Program-made: the position numbers and the translations under genes
The notes under the pieces: model-generated
The model's input: only the letters and a program-made list of their open reading frames with translations
The model's database searches: none
What the model was told of the DNA's origin: nothing
Virus record (IMG/VR): IMGVR_UViG_3300045988_025362
Coordinates: 1-41,435 of that record
Length of the DNA: 41,435 nucleotides
Source of the DNA: a virus
Direction: 5' to 3' (one strand)
Part shown: positions 15,949 to 24,883 of the stretch, one piece after another
How the letters are laid out: each line of letters opens with the position of its first letter
Position numbering within the stretch: position 1 is the first letter of the stretch

Positions 15949-16311
15949 ATGACAGTCAAGAAGGGTGTTTCCGAGCGTCGTTTTCCACATGAGTCCGTGG
16001 CTGATGCGTTGGAGAGATCGTTGCGTAATGCGAAGTCGTTGCGTGCCGAGAATGCGGCCGTCGTGGCCACTGCGCGTATCCTTGCCAAACGGATTGATTC
16101 GATTTGCGAGACTGGTTTCATCGACGAGAACGGGAAATTGGACAATGTGTCGGTTCCGACGTTCCTGAAATACTGCCAGTCGCTTGGTTTGACACTGGTG
16201 GAGCCCGCCAAGGTTGGGCGTCCCGCGAAAGCGAAGCCCGGGCCGAAGGCCGAGGAGTCAAAGAGCGGCAAGGTTATCGCGATGGACGAGTTCATGAAGC
16301 GTTTCGGCTGA
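15949..16311 (+). CDS. Putative terminase small subunit
   Basis: An RBS gaaggagg is present. 120 aa with a basic C-terminus KVGRPAKAKPGPK. It lies directly upstream of TerL. Confidence 0.6.
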   Translation: MTVKKGVSERRFPHESVADALERSLRNAKSLRAENAAVVATARILAKRIDSICETGFIDENGKLDNVSVPTFLKYCQSLGLTLVEPAKVGRPAKAKPGPKAEESKSGKVIAMDEFMKRFG

Positions 16312-16321
16312 GGAGGTTGCG

Positions 16322-17935
16322 ATGGCGGCTGAGAATCTTACGGTTTTCGGTGCCATCGACGATGAGAATCATGGCGTGACCCTGCCGCGCATCTTCACGC
16401 CGCCGTTGCGCCCGTTGACGAGGGAGACGAGCAATGGTTTCGCGGTGATCGCGTTCGCGGAAATCATGCTGCACGTGCATTTGTATCCGTGGCAGCAGTG
16501 GCTGCTCGTGCACGCGCTCGAACTGCTGGAGGATAGTTCGTATCGTTTTCGCAAGGTGATCGTGCTCGTGGCCCGCCAGAATGGCAAGACCACGCTTATG
16601 GGCGTGCTTGCCGCGTGGTGGCTGTTCGTTGACTCCAACAAGCATCCCGACCGTGTGCCGCCAGTTAAATTTCTGGTGGTCGGCGCAGCGCAGACATTGG
16701 ACAATGCGAAAGGTCCCTACAATCAGGTCAAAGAATGGTGTAATCCTGCTCCGGCGACCGATGAGGAAGAGGATCTGGTCATTCCGGATCTCGCCGCGAT
16801 GACGCAGAAATTCGTCAATACGAACGGCGAGGAGGCGATCATCACCCGTTCGAAAGCCCGGTATATCGTCCGTGCCGATAAGAACATTCGAGCGAAATCA
16901 GCTGCGCGTGTCGTGTTCGACGAGTTGCGTGAGCAGCATACGGATGATGGGTGGAATGCGGTGTCGCAGACCACGAAGGCCGTCTGGTCGAGCCAGTTGT
17001 GGGGCATTTCGAACGCTGGCGACTATCGTTCCGTCGCGTTGCGCAAGCAGGTGGACAAGGGCAGGAAGCTTGTTGACGAGTGGACGCGCCTGAGCGCCGA
17101 CGGTGGTAATCCGGCCGACGTGTTCCTGTCCGGCGAGCAGGACGGATCGTTCGGCTATTTCGAGTGGAGCGCTCCGGACAAGTGTCCGGTGGATGATGCC
17201 GACGCTATCCGCCAGGCGAATCCGTCGCTCGGCTATGGGCCGATGACCGTCATGAGCGTCCGTTCGGATATTGATGGCATGACCGAGGCCGCGTTCCGTA
17301 CCGAGGTCCTGTGCCAGTGGGTCACTGCTGACATCATTCCTTTCATCAGTCCGAAAATGTGGGCCAGCGGCATTGACTCGCGTTCCACGATACCGAATGA
17401 GAATCGAGTGGTGCTGTCCGTGGACACAAGCGCGGACAGGAAGACCACGTATGTGGCCGCTGCCGGAATGCGTGCGGACGGGTTGCCTCATGTTGAGCTG
17501 ATCGCGCGCCGTGACGGCATGCTGTGGGTGCCGCATTATCTCGACCTTTTGCAGGAGCGGTGGCCGCATATCACGGAGGTCGCCGTGCAGGGTAAGGGCT
17601 GTCCGGCAGTCGATTTCATTGACCCGCTTACTGAAAAGGGGTGGAACGTCCATCTCATCGAAGGTTTCCGGTTGGGCGCGTGCTGTGGTCGTTTTCATGA
17701 TCGTGTGCGTGAGGGGAAGTTGCGGCATCTTCCGCAGCCTGCGGTCGAACAGCAGGTGAGTGTGGCCGTGTCCCGGCGTCTTGGCGAGGTCGAGGTGTGG
17801 GACAGGACGAAATCAGCATTGCAGATTTCCGGCTTGGTCGCCGAATCGCAGGCATTGTACGCCTTGGAGACCATGCAGGCTGAAGTGCTTAAACCGAAAT
17901 ACGAGCCCTCGCAAGGCGTGAGGGTCAGATTCTAG
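16322..17935 (+). CDS. Terminase large subunit
   Basis: 537 aa with a Walker A-like VARQNGKTT. Nuclease-half style acidic motifs are present. It is followed by the portal gene. Confidence 0.9.
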   Translation: MAAENLTVFGAIDDENHGVTLPRIFTPPLRPLTRETSNGFAVIAFAEIMLHVHLYPWQQWLLVHALELLEDSSYRFRKVIVLVARQNGKTTLMGVLAAWWLFVDSNKHPDRVPPVKFLVVGAAQTLDNAKGPYNQVKEWCNPAPATDEEEDLVIPDLAAMTQKFVNTNGEEAIITRSKARYIVRADKNIRAKSAARVVFDELREQHTDDGWNAVSQTTKAVWSSQLWGISNAGDYRSVALRKQVDKGRKLVDEWTRLSADGGNPADVFLSGEQDGSFGYFEWSAPDKCPVDDADAIRQANPSLGYGPMTVMSVRSDIDGMTEAAFRTEVLCQWVTADIIPFISPKMWASGIDSRSTIPNENRVVLSVDTSADRKTTYVAAAGMRADGLPHVELIARRDGMLWVPHYLDLLQERWPHITEVAVQGKGCPAVDFIDPLTEKGWNVHLIEGFRLGACCGRFHDRVREGKLRHLPQPAVEQQVSVAVSRRLGEVEVWDRTKSALQISGLVAESQALYALETMQAEVLKPKYEPSQGVRVRF

Positions 17936-17960
17936 ATTCTTCACAAAGAGGGGAGTATTG

Positions 17961-19367
17961 ATGGGATTCCTTGACCGGCTCCTCCGCAATAACGCCGCAG
18001 CTATCGGCATGAAGATGGCCGAGGCAGACGCACATCCGACGCCAGCGACGAGTATTCCGCTCGCCAATGGCGATAGCTGGCCGTCAGACGCTGACTTCTA
18101 CGGCTATGCCTCCGGCGCCTACTGCAGGGAGTATGCGGTTCGTGTCGTGGTGGACTTCATCACCCGCAACATCGCCTCACTGCCGTTCAAAGTTTATCGG
18201 AAGAATTCGGACGGGGACGCGGAGGAAGTCACCAGTGGAGTGTTGGCCGACCTGATGAAGCGGCCCAGTCCTCTTCCGGGCATGACAAGATACCGTTTCA
18301 TCAGCACGCTTCTTCGTGACATGCTGCTCGATGACCGGTGGCTCATGCTCTTGGGCGTGAACGGTGGCCGTTTCACGCTCCGTCGCATACCGTCCGACTG
18401 CTATCAACTGTCGGGTAACGCCTTCGGAGAGATTACCGGCGTGAACCTGCTGACGATGGACAGCCGGCAGGCCATGCGTTTTGATCTGCCCGATCCTCGC
18501 GTGCATTTGGACGTCGGCTTCATTTCCGGCCTCCAGTTCGGTGACAGCGTGACCAACGTGCTCCGGCCATTATTGGCCGAGGCGAAGGCGATGGCTTCCT
18601 ACCGGCGCAATATCGCCAAGAACGGCATGCAGGCCGGAGGCTATGTCTACCGTCCGAAGGAGATGCCGTGGCTGTCGCAGGAGGATTACGACGATTTCAC
18701 CAACGGCCTGCGCAACTTCGTGCAGCACGGTGGACGCGAGGGTGGCTGGCCAGTCCTCAAGGACGGCATGGAGATGCGCCCGTTGGACAATGTGTTCAAG
18801 CCGGTTGACGTCAACGATTTGGAGGCGCGTGACCGGATCAACATCGCGGTATGCAACGCCTTCCAGATTTCGCCGGAGAACATCGGCTTCCGAACCGGCA
18901 CGAATTCCAATATCAGCGCCTACAAGGAGAAGCTCTGGAACGTGGAGCTCATGCCCTACATCGTGGCGCTTGAGGAAGCCTTGAATCTCAGCCTTCCGGA
19001 GGCTGTTGGCGAGCCGGACTGCTACATCAAGGCGAACGTGGACGCGAAGCTCCGTGGCACCACGGCCGAACAGTATCAGGCGCTCAGCACGGCTACCGGA
19101 CGGCCTTTCATGACCACGAATCAGGCTCGTCAGATTCTCGACTGGCCTCGCGTTCCTGGCGGCGACCAGCTCATCACGCCGTTGAACGTTAGCGAGGGCG
19201 GGCAGCCAAGCCCGCAGGACGGCGGGAGAACGCAGAACGCGCAGGAGAACAATCCAGTCAACGGCGAGGACGCTAAGGCCATGCTCGCCGAATTCAAACG
19301 GCTTTACCGGTATGACGCGCAATTCCACGCCGAGTGGGACGCGCTCACCAAGGAGGAAACATCATGA
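17961..19367 (+). CDS. Portal protein (HK97-type)
   Basis: 468 aa lying between TerL and the prohead protease. The ATG at 17961 lies 6 nt after aggggag. Confidence 0.85.
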   Translation: MGFLDRLLRNNAAAIGMKMAEADAHPTPATSIPLANGDSWPSDADFYGYASGAYCREYAVRVVVDFITRNIASLPFKVYRKNSDGDAEEVTSGVLADLMKRPSPLPGMTRYRFISTLLRDMLLDDRWLMLLGVNGGRFTLRRIPSDCYQLSGNAFGEITGVNLLTMDSRQAMRFDLPDPRVHLDVGFISGLQFGDSVTNVLRPLLAEAKAMASYRRNIAKNGMQAGGYVYRPKEMPWLSQEDYDDFTNGLRNFVQHGGREGGWPVLKDGMEMRPLDNVFKPVDVNDLEARDRINIAVCNAFQISPENIGFRTGTNSNISAYKEKLWNVELMPYIVALEEALNLSLPEAVGEPDCYIKANVDAKLRGTTAEQYQALSTATGRPFMTTNQARQILDWPRVPGGDQLITPLNVSEGGQPSPQDGGRTQNAQENNPVNGEDAKAMLAEFKRLYRYDAQFHAEWDALTKEETS

Positions 19368-20101
19368 GGCTTGATTTCAAGGGCTTCGAGCTGAAGTCCC
19401 TCGATGACAGTCAAGGCGAGGGCGTGTTCAGCGGATACGCCAGCACTTGGGATAAGGATCTGTACGATGACGTGATCGTCAAGGGCGCTTTCGCCGACAC
19501 TTTGCAGAATGACTTCCAGGGTTCCGGCGCGGGCATCCCGATCCACTGGCAGCACAAGGACGATAAGCCGACCGACATCATCGGCGAGACGTTGAGCGCG
19601 GTGGAGGACGAGCATGGCCTGCTCGTCGCGGCCCGTCTTGACCTTGACCTGCCGGAAGGAAAGCGCGCATACGACCTGCTGAAACGCGGGCTCATCCATC
19701 AGATGAGCATCGGCTTCATCGCCGAGGAGACAGCTTTCGTGCAGGACGGCAAGAGCGCGTGGGACGGATACCGTGAGATTCGCCAGGTGAAGCTGTTCGA
19801 GATTTCGCTTGTGCAGGTGGCCGCGAATCAGGGTGCCGAGGTGCTTGAGGTGAAGAGCGGACGCGCGATCAGCGCTTCCAACGAAAGTAAGCTCCGCGCG
19901 GCGCTCGACAGTCTGCATGAGGTCTTGGATGGCATCGATTCCGCTGATAAGAAGCCGGACGATGACACGGATGACTCCGACCCCGCAGATGCTTCCACCG
20001 ATGATTCGGACGATTCGAAGAGGAAAGACCAGAAAAGCTTTGACCCGCAGTGGGCTGAGGAATACAAGACCATCAGCGACTTCTTCTCGCTGGAACATTA
20101 A
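19364..20101 (+). CDS. Prohead maturation protease (HK97 family)
   Basis: ATGA overlap with portal and RBS aaggagga. The segment FSGYASTWDKDLYDDVIVKGAF...QMSIGF is typical. The C-terminal tail is acidic. Confidence 0.85.
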   Translation: MRLDFKGFELKSLDDSQGEGVFSGYASTWDKDLYDDVIVKGAFADTLQNDFQGSGAGIPIHWQHKDDKPTDIIGETLSAVEDEHGLLVAARLDLDLPEGKRAYDLLKRGLIHQMSIGFIAEETAFVQDGKSAWDGYREIRQVKLFEISLVQVAANQGAEVLEVKSGRAISASNESKLRAALDSLHEVLDGIDSADKKPDDDTDDSDPADASTDDSDDSKRKDQKSFDPQWAEEYKTISDFFSLEH

Positions 20102-20120
20102 CCTAACCGAAAGGAGTGCC

Positions 20121-21323
20121 ATGAATCTCATGGATAATCTCGCCGCCGAGAAGAAGGCGGCACAGTCCATCCTCGCCAAGGGAATGGATAACATCACCGA
20201 AAAGGAGCAGGAGGAGCTGAAGCAGCATTACGCCGAGGCGAAGAAGCTGCAGGAGCGCATCGACCTGTTCAAGGAGGCCAGCGAAGGACTCGACAAGCTC
20301 GCCGGCACGTCCAAGACCGAACACAGGGGCGTCGAGGCGAAGACCCTCGGCGACTTCTACGTCAAGTCCCTGCAGGAGAAGGGCTTGAGCGTGCTCGCCA
20401 CCAAGGGAGGCCTGTTCTCCACTCCGGAATTCAAGGCCGCTTCCGACACTCAGGCCACAGGCGGAGCGTCCGGAGCCTACGCGCCGTATCTCACCCAGAC
20501 CGACCAGAACGGACGTTGGCCGTATGAGCGTCCGCTCGTCATCGCCGACCTGTTCGCGTCCGGCACCATGAGCGGCACCACCATCAAATACCCGGTCTAC
20601 GGCTCCCTCGAAGGCAACGCGGCCACCGTCGCCGAGGGCGGGCAGAAGCCGCAGATTCACCTTCCGGACCCGACTTGGGTGTCCGACAGTCTCCATGAGG
20701 TCGCCGCATGGTGGAAGATCACCGACGACATGGCCGAAGACCTGCCGTTCATCGTGTCCGAGATCAACCAGCACGCCCAGTACAATTTGAAGCTGCAGGA
20801 GGAGATTCAGCTCCTGTCCGGCGATGGCACCGACCCGAATCTCAATGGCATCCTGAACCGCGAAATCCAGACCAAGGCGCAGGCCAACGATTCCGACCCC
20901 GACCGCATCTTCGCGGCCACCACCGATATCGCCACCGCGACAGGCTTCTCCGCCGACGCCGTGGTCATCAACCCGGCGGACTATCAGGCAATCCGCCTGT
21001 CCAAGGATGCGAACGGCCAGTATTTCGGCGGTGGTTTCTTCGCCGGACAGTACGGCAATGGCGGCATCCTGCAGAACCCGCCGCTGTGGGGACTGCGCAC
21101 CGTGGTCACCGAGGCAATGACCAAGGGCACGGTGCTCGTCGGCGCGTTCAAGGCCGGCGGCACCATCTACCGTAAGGGCGGTCTGACCGTCGAATCCACC
21201 AACAGCCATGAGAACGACTTCACGAACGACAAGATCACGTTCCGAGTCAAGGAACGCCTCGCCCTGCAGGTCAAGTATCCGAAGGCCTTCGTCAAGGTCT
21301 CCCTCGGCAAGGCCGCTAAGTGA
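20121..21323 (+). CDS. Major capsid protein (HK97 fold) with an N-terminal coiled-coil delta domain
   Basis: 400 aa with RBS aaaggag. The position after the protease fits. The N-terminus is coiled-coil (EQEELKQHYAEAKKLQERIDLF). Confidence 0.88.
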   Translation: MNLMDNLAAEKKAAQSILAKGMDNITEKEQEELKQHYAEAKKLQERIDLFKEASEGLDKLAGTSKTEHRGVEAKTLGDFYVKSLQEKGLSVLATKGGLFSTPEFKAASDTQATGGASGAYAPYLTQTDQNGRWPYERPLVIADLFASGTMSGTTIKYPVYGSLEGNAATVAEGGQKPQIHLPDPTWVSDSLHEVAAWWKITDDMAEDLPFIVSEINQHAQYNLKLQEEIQLLSGDGTDPNLNGILNREIQTKAQANDSDPDRIFAATTDIATATGFSADAVVINPADYQAIRLSKDANGQYFGGGFFAGQYGNGGILQNPPLWGLRTVVTEAMTKGTVLVGAFKAGGTIYRKGGLTVESTNSHENDFTNDKITFRVKERLALQVKYPKAFVKVSLGKAAK

Positions 21324-21334
21324 GGTGACTGGCT

Positions 21335-21682
21335 GTGAAGCAGTATCGACTTGTTGATGCGGCCAAGGCCGCCGTTGACGCCTCGGTGTTTATCGAGGAT
21401 GTGCTTTTCGTGGATAACAAGGACAAGCCGGTGAATGTCACCGGTGGCTCCACTTCCACGCCGTATGTGCTTCCCGCTGCCGCCGAGAACACTCTTGGTG
21501 GCGTGAAGCTGGCGAATGTCACGATCTCCGGCACTGCGAACACCTCCGTCGCGGCTGCGGCTTCCGACGCTCCGACGAAGGCAGAGTACGACGCGCTCGT
21601 TGGCGCTTACAACGATTTGGCGAAGCGCGTCAATGCGCTTGTGGCTGGTCTTGTGGCTGCTGGCGTTGTGAAGACGAGCTGA
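21335..21682 (+). CDS. Hypothetical head-associated structural protein
   Basis: GTG start with RBS gaggtga. The LPAAAENTLGGVKLA motif is of the type seen in phage fibre/decoration proteins. Confidence 0.5.
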   Translation: MKQYRLVDAAKAAVDASVFIEDVLFVDNKDKPVNVTGGSTSTPYVLPAAAENTLGGVKLANVTISGTANTSVAAAASDAPTKAEYDALVGAYNDLAKRVNALVAGLVAAGVVKTS

Positions 21683-21696
21683 GATTGGAGGTCGGC

Positions 21697-22212
21697 ATGA
21701 GTGATGTGAATGTGATTCCCGACATGATTGCCGACCCTTCGGCTTTCGAGGATGACGCCGCCTTCCGGCTCAGGGCCGCGCAGGCGGCCATCCGCCGCGA
21801 ATGCGGTTGGCATGTCATGCCGAACGCGGCATTGACGGGAGTGCTGAACACTCGCGGCGGCACGGTGATTCGACTGCCCGCACGTCATGTGACGAGCATC
21901 GAATCATTGACCGACCGCGACGGCAACAAGCTGGCCTACGCCTACGACCCTGAGACGGGTCTTGTGGAGTCGCTTTCCGGTGGCTTCCCGGTCGGCGTCG
22001 CGGCCATCCGCTACGAGATTCACGCTGGATACGATGACGCGCCGGACGTGCAGCAGGTGCTCATCAGCGCCGCGAAGCGAGCGGGCATGAGCCCGGTCGG
22101 ACTCGTCACCTCGCAGTCCACCAACGGCTCCAGCGCGAGTTTCGACGTGGTGTCGCTCATGCAGGCGGAGAAGGACAAGCTCAAACCCTACCGGCTTGGA
22201 GGATTGCCATGA
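21697..22212 (+). CDS. Head-tail connector (gp6-like adaptor)
   Basis: Called on position and size. The RBS ggagg precedes the ATG at 21697. Confidence 0.6.
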   Translation: MSDVNVIPDMIADPSAFEDDAAFRLRAAQAAIRRECGWHVMPNAALTGVLNTRGGTVIRLPARHVTSIESLTDRDGNKLAYAYDPETGLVESLSGGFPVGVAAIRYEIHAGYDDAPDVQQVLISAAKRAGMSPVGLVTSQSTNGSSASFDVVSLMQAEKDKLKPYRLGGLP

Positions 22213-22601
22213 GCCTGCTTGACGACATGAATGCCGGTGGCGGATGGCGTATGCCGGGCGCCACCAAATGGCGGCGACTGCGTGCGAGGAAAGTCGATGA
22301 CCCGTATTCCGGCGGACAGACCGGCGAGGACTGGTCTAATCCTGAAACTTTGGATTTCACCGGCGCTCTCGCCAGCTCCAGCAGCTCGCGCACGCCAGAC
22401 GGTCTGCGCGAGCAGACCACGAGCACGGCTTACATCACGTCTCCTGATCCGTCCTTGGACATCATGCCGGGTGACAGGATTCAGGCGTTGCCGGATGACG
22501 GGCGATGTTGGGAGGTGTCCGGCTATCCGAGTCGTGACGTGAATGCTTTTGTGTCATGGCAGCCGACGATTGAGATTCCACTATCCGAATACAGGGGGTG
22601 A
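22209..22601 (+). CDS. Head closure/head-tail joining protein
   Basis: ATGA-coupled to the previous gene. 130 aa, in the canonical position. Confidence 0.55.
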   Translation: MSLLDDMNAGGGWRMPGATKWRRLRARKVDDPYSGGQTGEDWSNPETLDFTGALASSSSSRTPDGLREQTTSTAYITSPDPSLDIMPGDRIQALPDDGRCWEVSGYPSRDVNAFVSWQPTIEIPLSEYRG

Positions 22602-22885
22602 CGGCCTTGGGTGTGATGGTCAAATTCAACGACAAATATTTTGACGAGTTGATGAATTCGGCTGGCGTCAAGGCCATGACCCGTCGTGCCGCCGAAAAGA
22701 CGCTCGAATATGCGAAAGCGCACGCTCCGGTGGACACTGGTGCGTATCGCGATGGCCTCCAAATCGAGGAGGTCAAGCACGCGCATCGAACCACATGCAT
22801 GGTGGTCGGCACCGATCCGAAGACACTGCTCGTGGAGTCGAAGACGGGCAATCTCCGCAAAGCGTTGAAGGCAGGCAAGTCATGA
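22598..22885 (+). CDS. HK97 gp10-like tail-completion protein
   Basis: AHAPVDTGAYRDGL is typical of the gp10 family. The GTGA overlap provides the start. Confidence 0.65.
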   Translation: MTALGVMVKFNDKYFDELMNSAGVKAMTRRAAEKTLEYAKAHAPVDTGAYRDGLQIEEVKHAHRTTCMVVGTDPKTLLVESKTGNLRKALKAGKS

Positions 22886-23301
22886 CGGCAGTCCTGCCAC
22901 CGGATCTTGAGCTTTGGCTGTGCGCGTTTCTGCGCGCACGGTTGGAATCGTCTTTCCCTACGATCATCGTTTCGAATCGTGAGCCGGACGATTACGACGG
23001 CTCACGGCCGCTCGTCGTGGTGCGTGATGATGGCGGCTCGCAATCGAATCGCGTGCTCTTCGACCGGAGCATCGGCGTTACCGTGCGTTACGGGGCTCGT
23101 GCCGCTCCGAAACCATGCCGTGACTTGGCATCCAGAATCTACGGTTTGCTCACCGACCCTGATATTTGCCAGCTTGACGTTTCTCCGATCGCGGCAATCG
23201 AGGAGGACGGGTGCAATGGCCCGTATTTCGTGGCCGAGGACGCGAATATCGCCAGATGCTATCTGACTCTCGAATTCTCCGCCATCGGGGAATTCCAATA
23301 A
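22882..23301 (+). CDS. Tail terminator-like protein
   Basis: ATGA-coupled to the previous gene. 139 aa. It is the last gene before the major tail protein. Confidence 0.55.
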   Translation: MTAVLPPDLELWLCAFLRARLESSFPTIIVSNREPDDYDGSRPLVVVRDDGGSQSNRVLFDRSIGVTVRYGARAAPKPCRDLASRIYGLLTDPDICQLDVSPIAAIEEDGCNGPYFVAEDANIARCYLTLEFSAIGEFQ

Positions 23302-23321
23302 TTCAATAATTCTTAATTTTA

Positions 23322-23353
23322 GGCGTTGAAACGTTTGTTTCAGCGCCTTTTTT
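23322..23353 (+). terminator. Rho-independent terminator-type hairpin upstream of the major tail gene
   Basis: ggcgttgaaac (23322-23332), loop gttt, gtttcagcgcc (23337-23347), then tttttt. Confidence 0.65.
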
Positions 23354-23370
23354 GTTTGAAAGGACAAAAT

Positions 23371-24024
23371 ATGGCAGCTGATGCAGCAGGCAATGACCTG
23401 AGCGCCGCGAAGATCGTGGTGACAAGCGCCTTCCGCTTCGCCCCTTATGATGCGACGCAGAAGCTGACCGCCGATCTCATCGCGCCGACCGTGGCCGACG
23501 TGAAGACCGGTTTGGACAAGATCTTCAGCAAGGGCGGCTTCGTCGGCCTTATCACCGAGGATGGTGCCCCGCAGGATAGTCGTGACGCCGATGATGCGAT
23601 CAAATTCCACCAGCCCGGCTACAGCATTAATGGCAAGGCTTCGCTGACCGAACAGTTCACCGTGGCCGAGGATAACAGCATCACGCGCCAGATGACCATC
23701 GGAACGCCGGACGCCAATGGCGTCTATCACGTGACCGATGTGATCCAGGATGGCAAGTGGTTCTGCTACAAGGAGACCGTTTATAAGAACGGCACGCACC
23801 GCCGCCGTCTGGGTGTCGTGAATCTGACCGGCAACGAGCAGGGGCAGGAGACTTCTGGCAAGAACACCGGTGACGCTTGGACCATCGAATGGATTCAGGA
23901 TGACGCCTGCGATTCCGGCAATTCGAAGTACTTGGAGTCCTTCGTGACTCCGACTGTTTCGTCCGGTCCTCATGGCGTCGGTCATCAGGCTGATGATTCC
24001 GAGTCTCAGCCGGTCACCGACTGA
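23371..24024 (+). CDS. Major tail protein
   Basis: 217 aa in the position before the chaperone pair and tape measure. The ATG at 23371 follows aaagga. Confidence 0.75.
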   Translation: MAADAAGNDLSAAKIVVTSAFRFAPYDATQKLTADLIAPTVADVKTGLDKIFSKGGFVGLITEDGAPQDSRDADDAIKFHQPGYSINGKASLTEQFTVAEDNSITRQMTIGTPDANGVYHVTDVIQDGKWFCYKETVYKNGTHRRRLGVVNLTGNEQGQETSGKNTGDAWTIEWIQDDACDSGNSKYLESFVTPTVSSGPHGVGHQADDSESQPVTD

Positions 24025-24035
24025 CATTGATTCTT

Positions 24036-24077
24036 CCCAGCATGTGTTTCTTTCTTCCTTTCTTCGCATGTGCTGGG
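24036..24077 (+). terminator. Hairpin after the major tail gene (partial terminator)
   Basis: cccagcatgtg (24036-24046) pairs with catgtgctggg (24067-24077), with 2 GU. A T/C-rich tract follows. Confidence 0.4.
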
Positions 24078-24138
24078 ATTCTTCCTCTTCATCCAGTGGA
24101 GCAAAGGAATTTTTACAGTCGTTTGAAAGAAGGAAGAA

Positions 24139-24558
24139 ATGACCAAGAATGTGATGCCCTCCGCCGCCGATTTCGACGCTTGGACTGCAGAGGATGAGGA
24201 GAAGGCGCTTGAGGCTGTCGCCGCGCAGATGGATGTGAAGCATCTCATCAAGGACGGCTCCGTATGGTTTTTGGCACCGCATGGCCACATTTACAAGCTG
24301 CCTTTGGCGCTGTCGATTGATGATTTCGTGAAGCTGTCCGACATTAAGTCGGATGTCGAGCAGATTCAGACGTTGAAGGACTTGCTGGCTGCTTTCGCTG
24401 GTGAGGAGGCGGCCAAGGAGCTGGCGAAGGAGCCGGTCATGGTGCCGATGAACATCCTCAACGCTTATGGCGAAATCATTGCCAAGGTACAGGGCGCTGA
24501 TTTGGGAAAATCGTCGGCTTCTGCCAGCTCCTCCAAGGAGAAGACGGCGACCGAATAA
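24139..24558 (+). CDS. Tail assembly chaperone (gpG-like)
   Basis: 139 aa and acidic, immediately upstream of the tape measure. It contains a slippery heptamer near its 3' end. Confidence 0.8.
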   Translation: MTKNVMPSAADFDAWTAEDEEKALEAVAAQMDVKHLIKDGSVWFLAPHGHIYKLPLALSIDDFVKLSDIKSDVEQIQTLKDLLAAFAGEEAAKELAKEPVMVPMNILNAYGEIIAKVQGADLGKSSASASSSKEKTATE

Positions 24559-24872
24559 GGGCTGATTTCGCGGCGCGTGGATGGAGTCTGCAGGCCGACT
24601 TGGGCGGCAGACTCCGTTACCGCGACGCGATCGCCTTGTGGGAGAGCCTTTCGGCGGATCCATCGACGTATTGCGGCATGTCTGCCGTGCATATGGTGCT
24701 GCCGATGGATGCGACGGCGATCATTACCGCGATTCAGGCCGGTGGCACGTCGATTCTTGGCGACCTCGCGCCAGGAAAGGCTGGGAAGAAGCATGTCGAG
24801 GTGACCGATGAGGAGCGTCGTGCGGCTTTGACGTCGATGAGCAGCATCTTCGGCTTCAAAAAAAGTGAATAG
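24139..24872 (+). CDS. Tail assembly chaperone -1 frameshift product (gpGT-like)
   Basis: The -1 frame is open from the slippery site at 24504 through to the stop at 24872. Total length plus 1 nt is divisible by 3. Confidence 0.7.
24504..24510 (+). promoter_or_regulatory. Programmed -1 ribosomal frameshift slippery heptamer G_GGA_AAA
   Basis: The zero-frame codons are ttG GGA AAA, fitting the X_XXY_YYZ pattern. Confidence 0.7.
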
Positions 24873-24883
24873 AGGAGGCTGTC

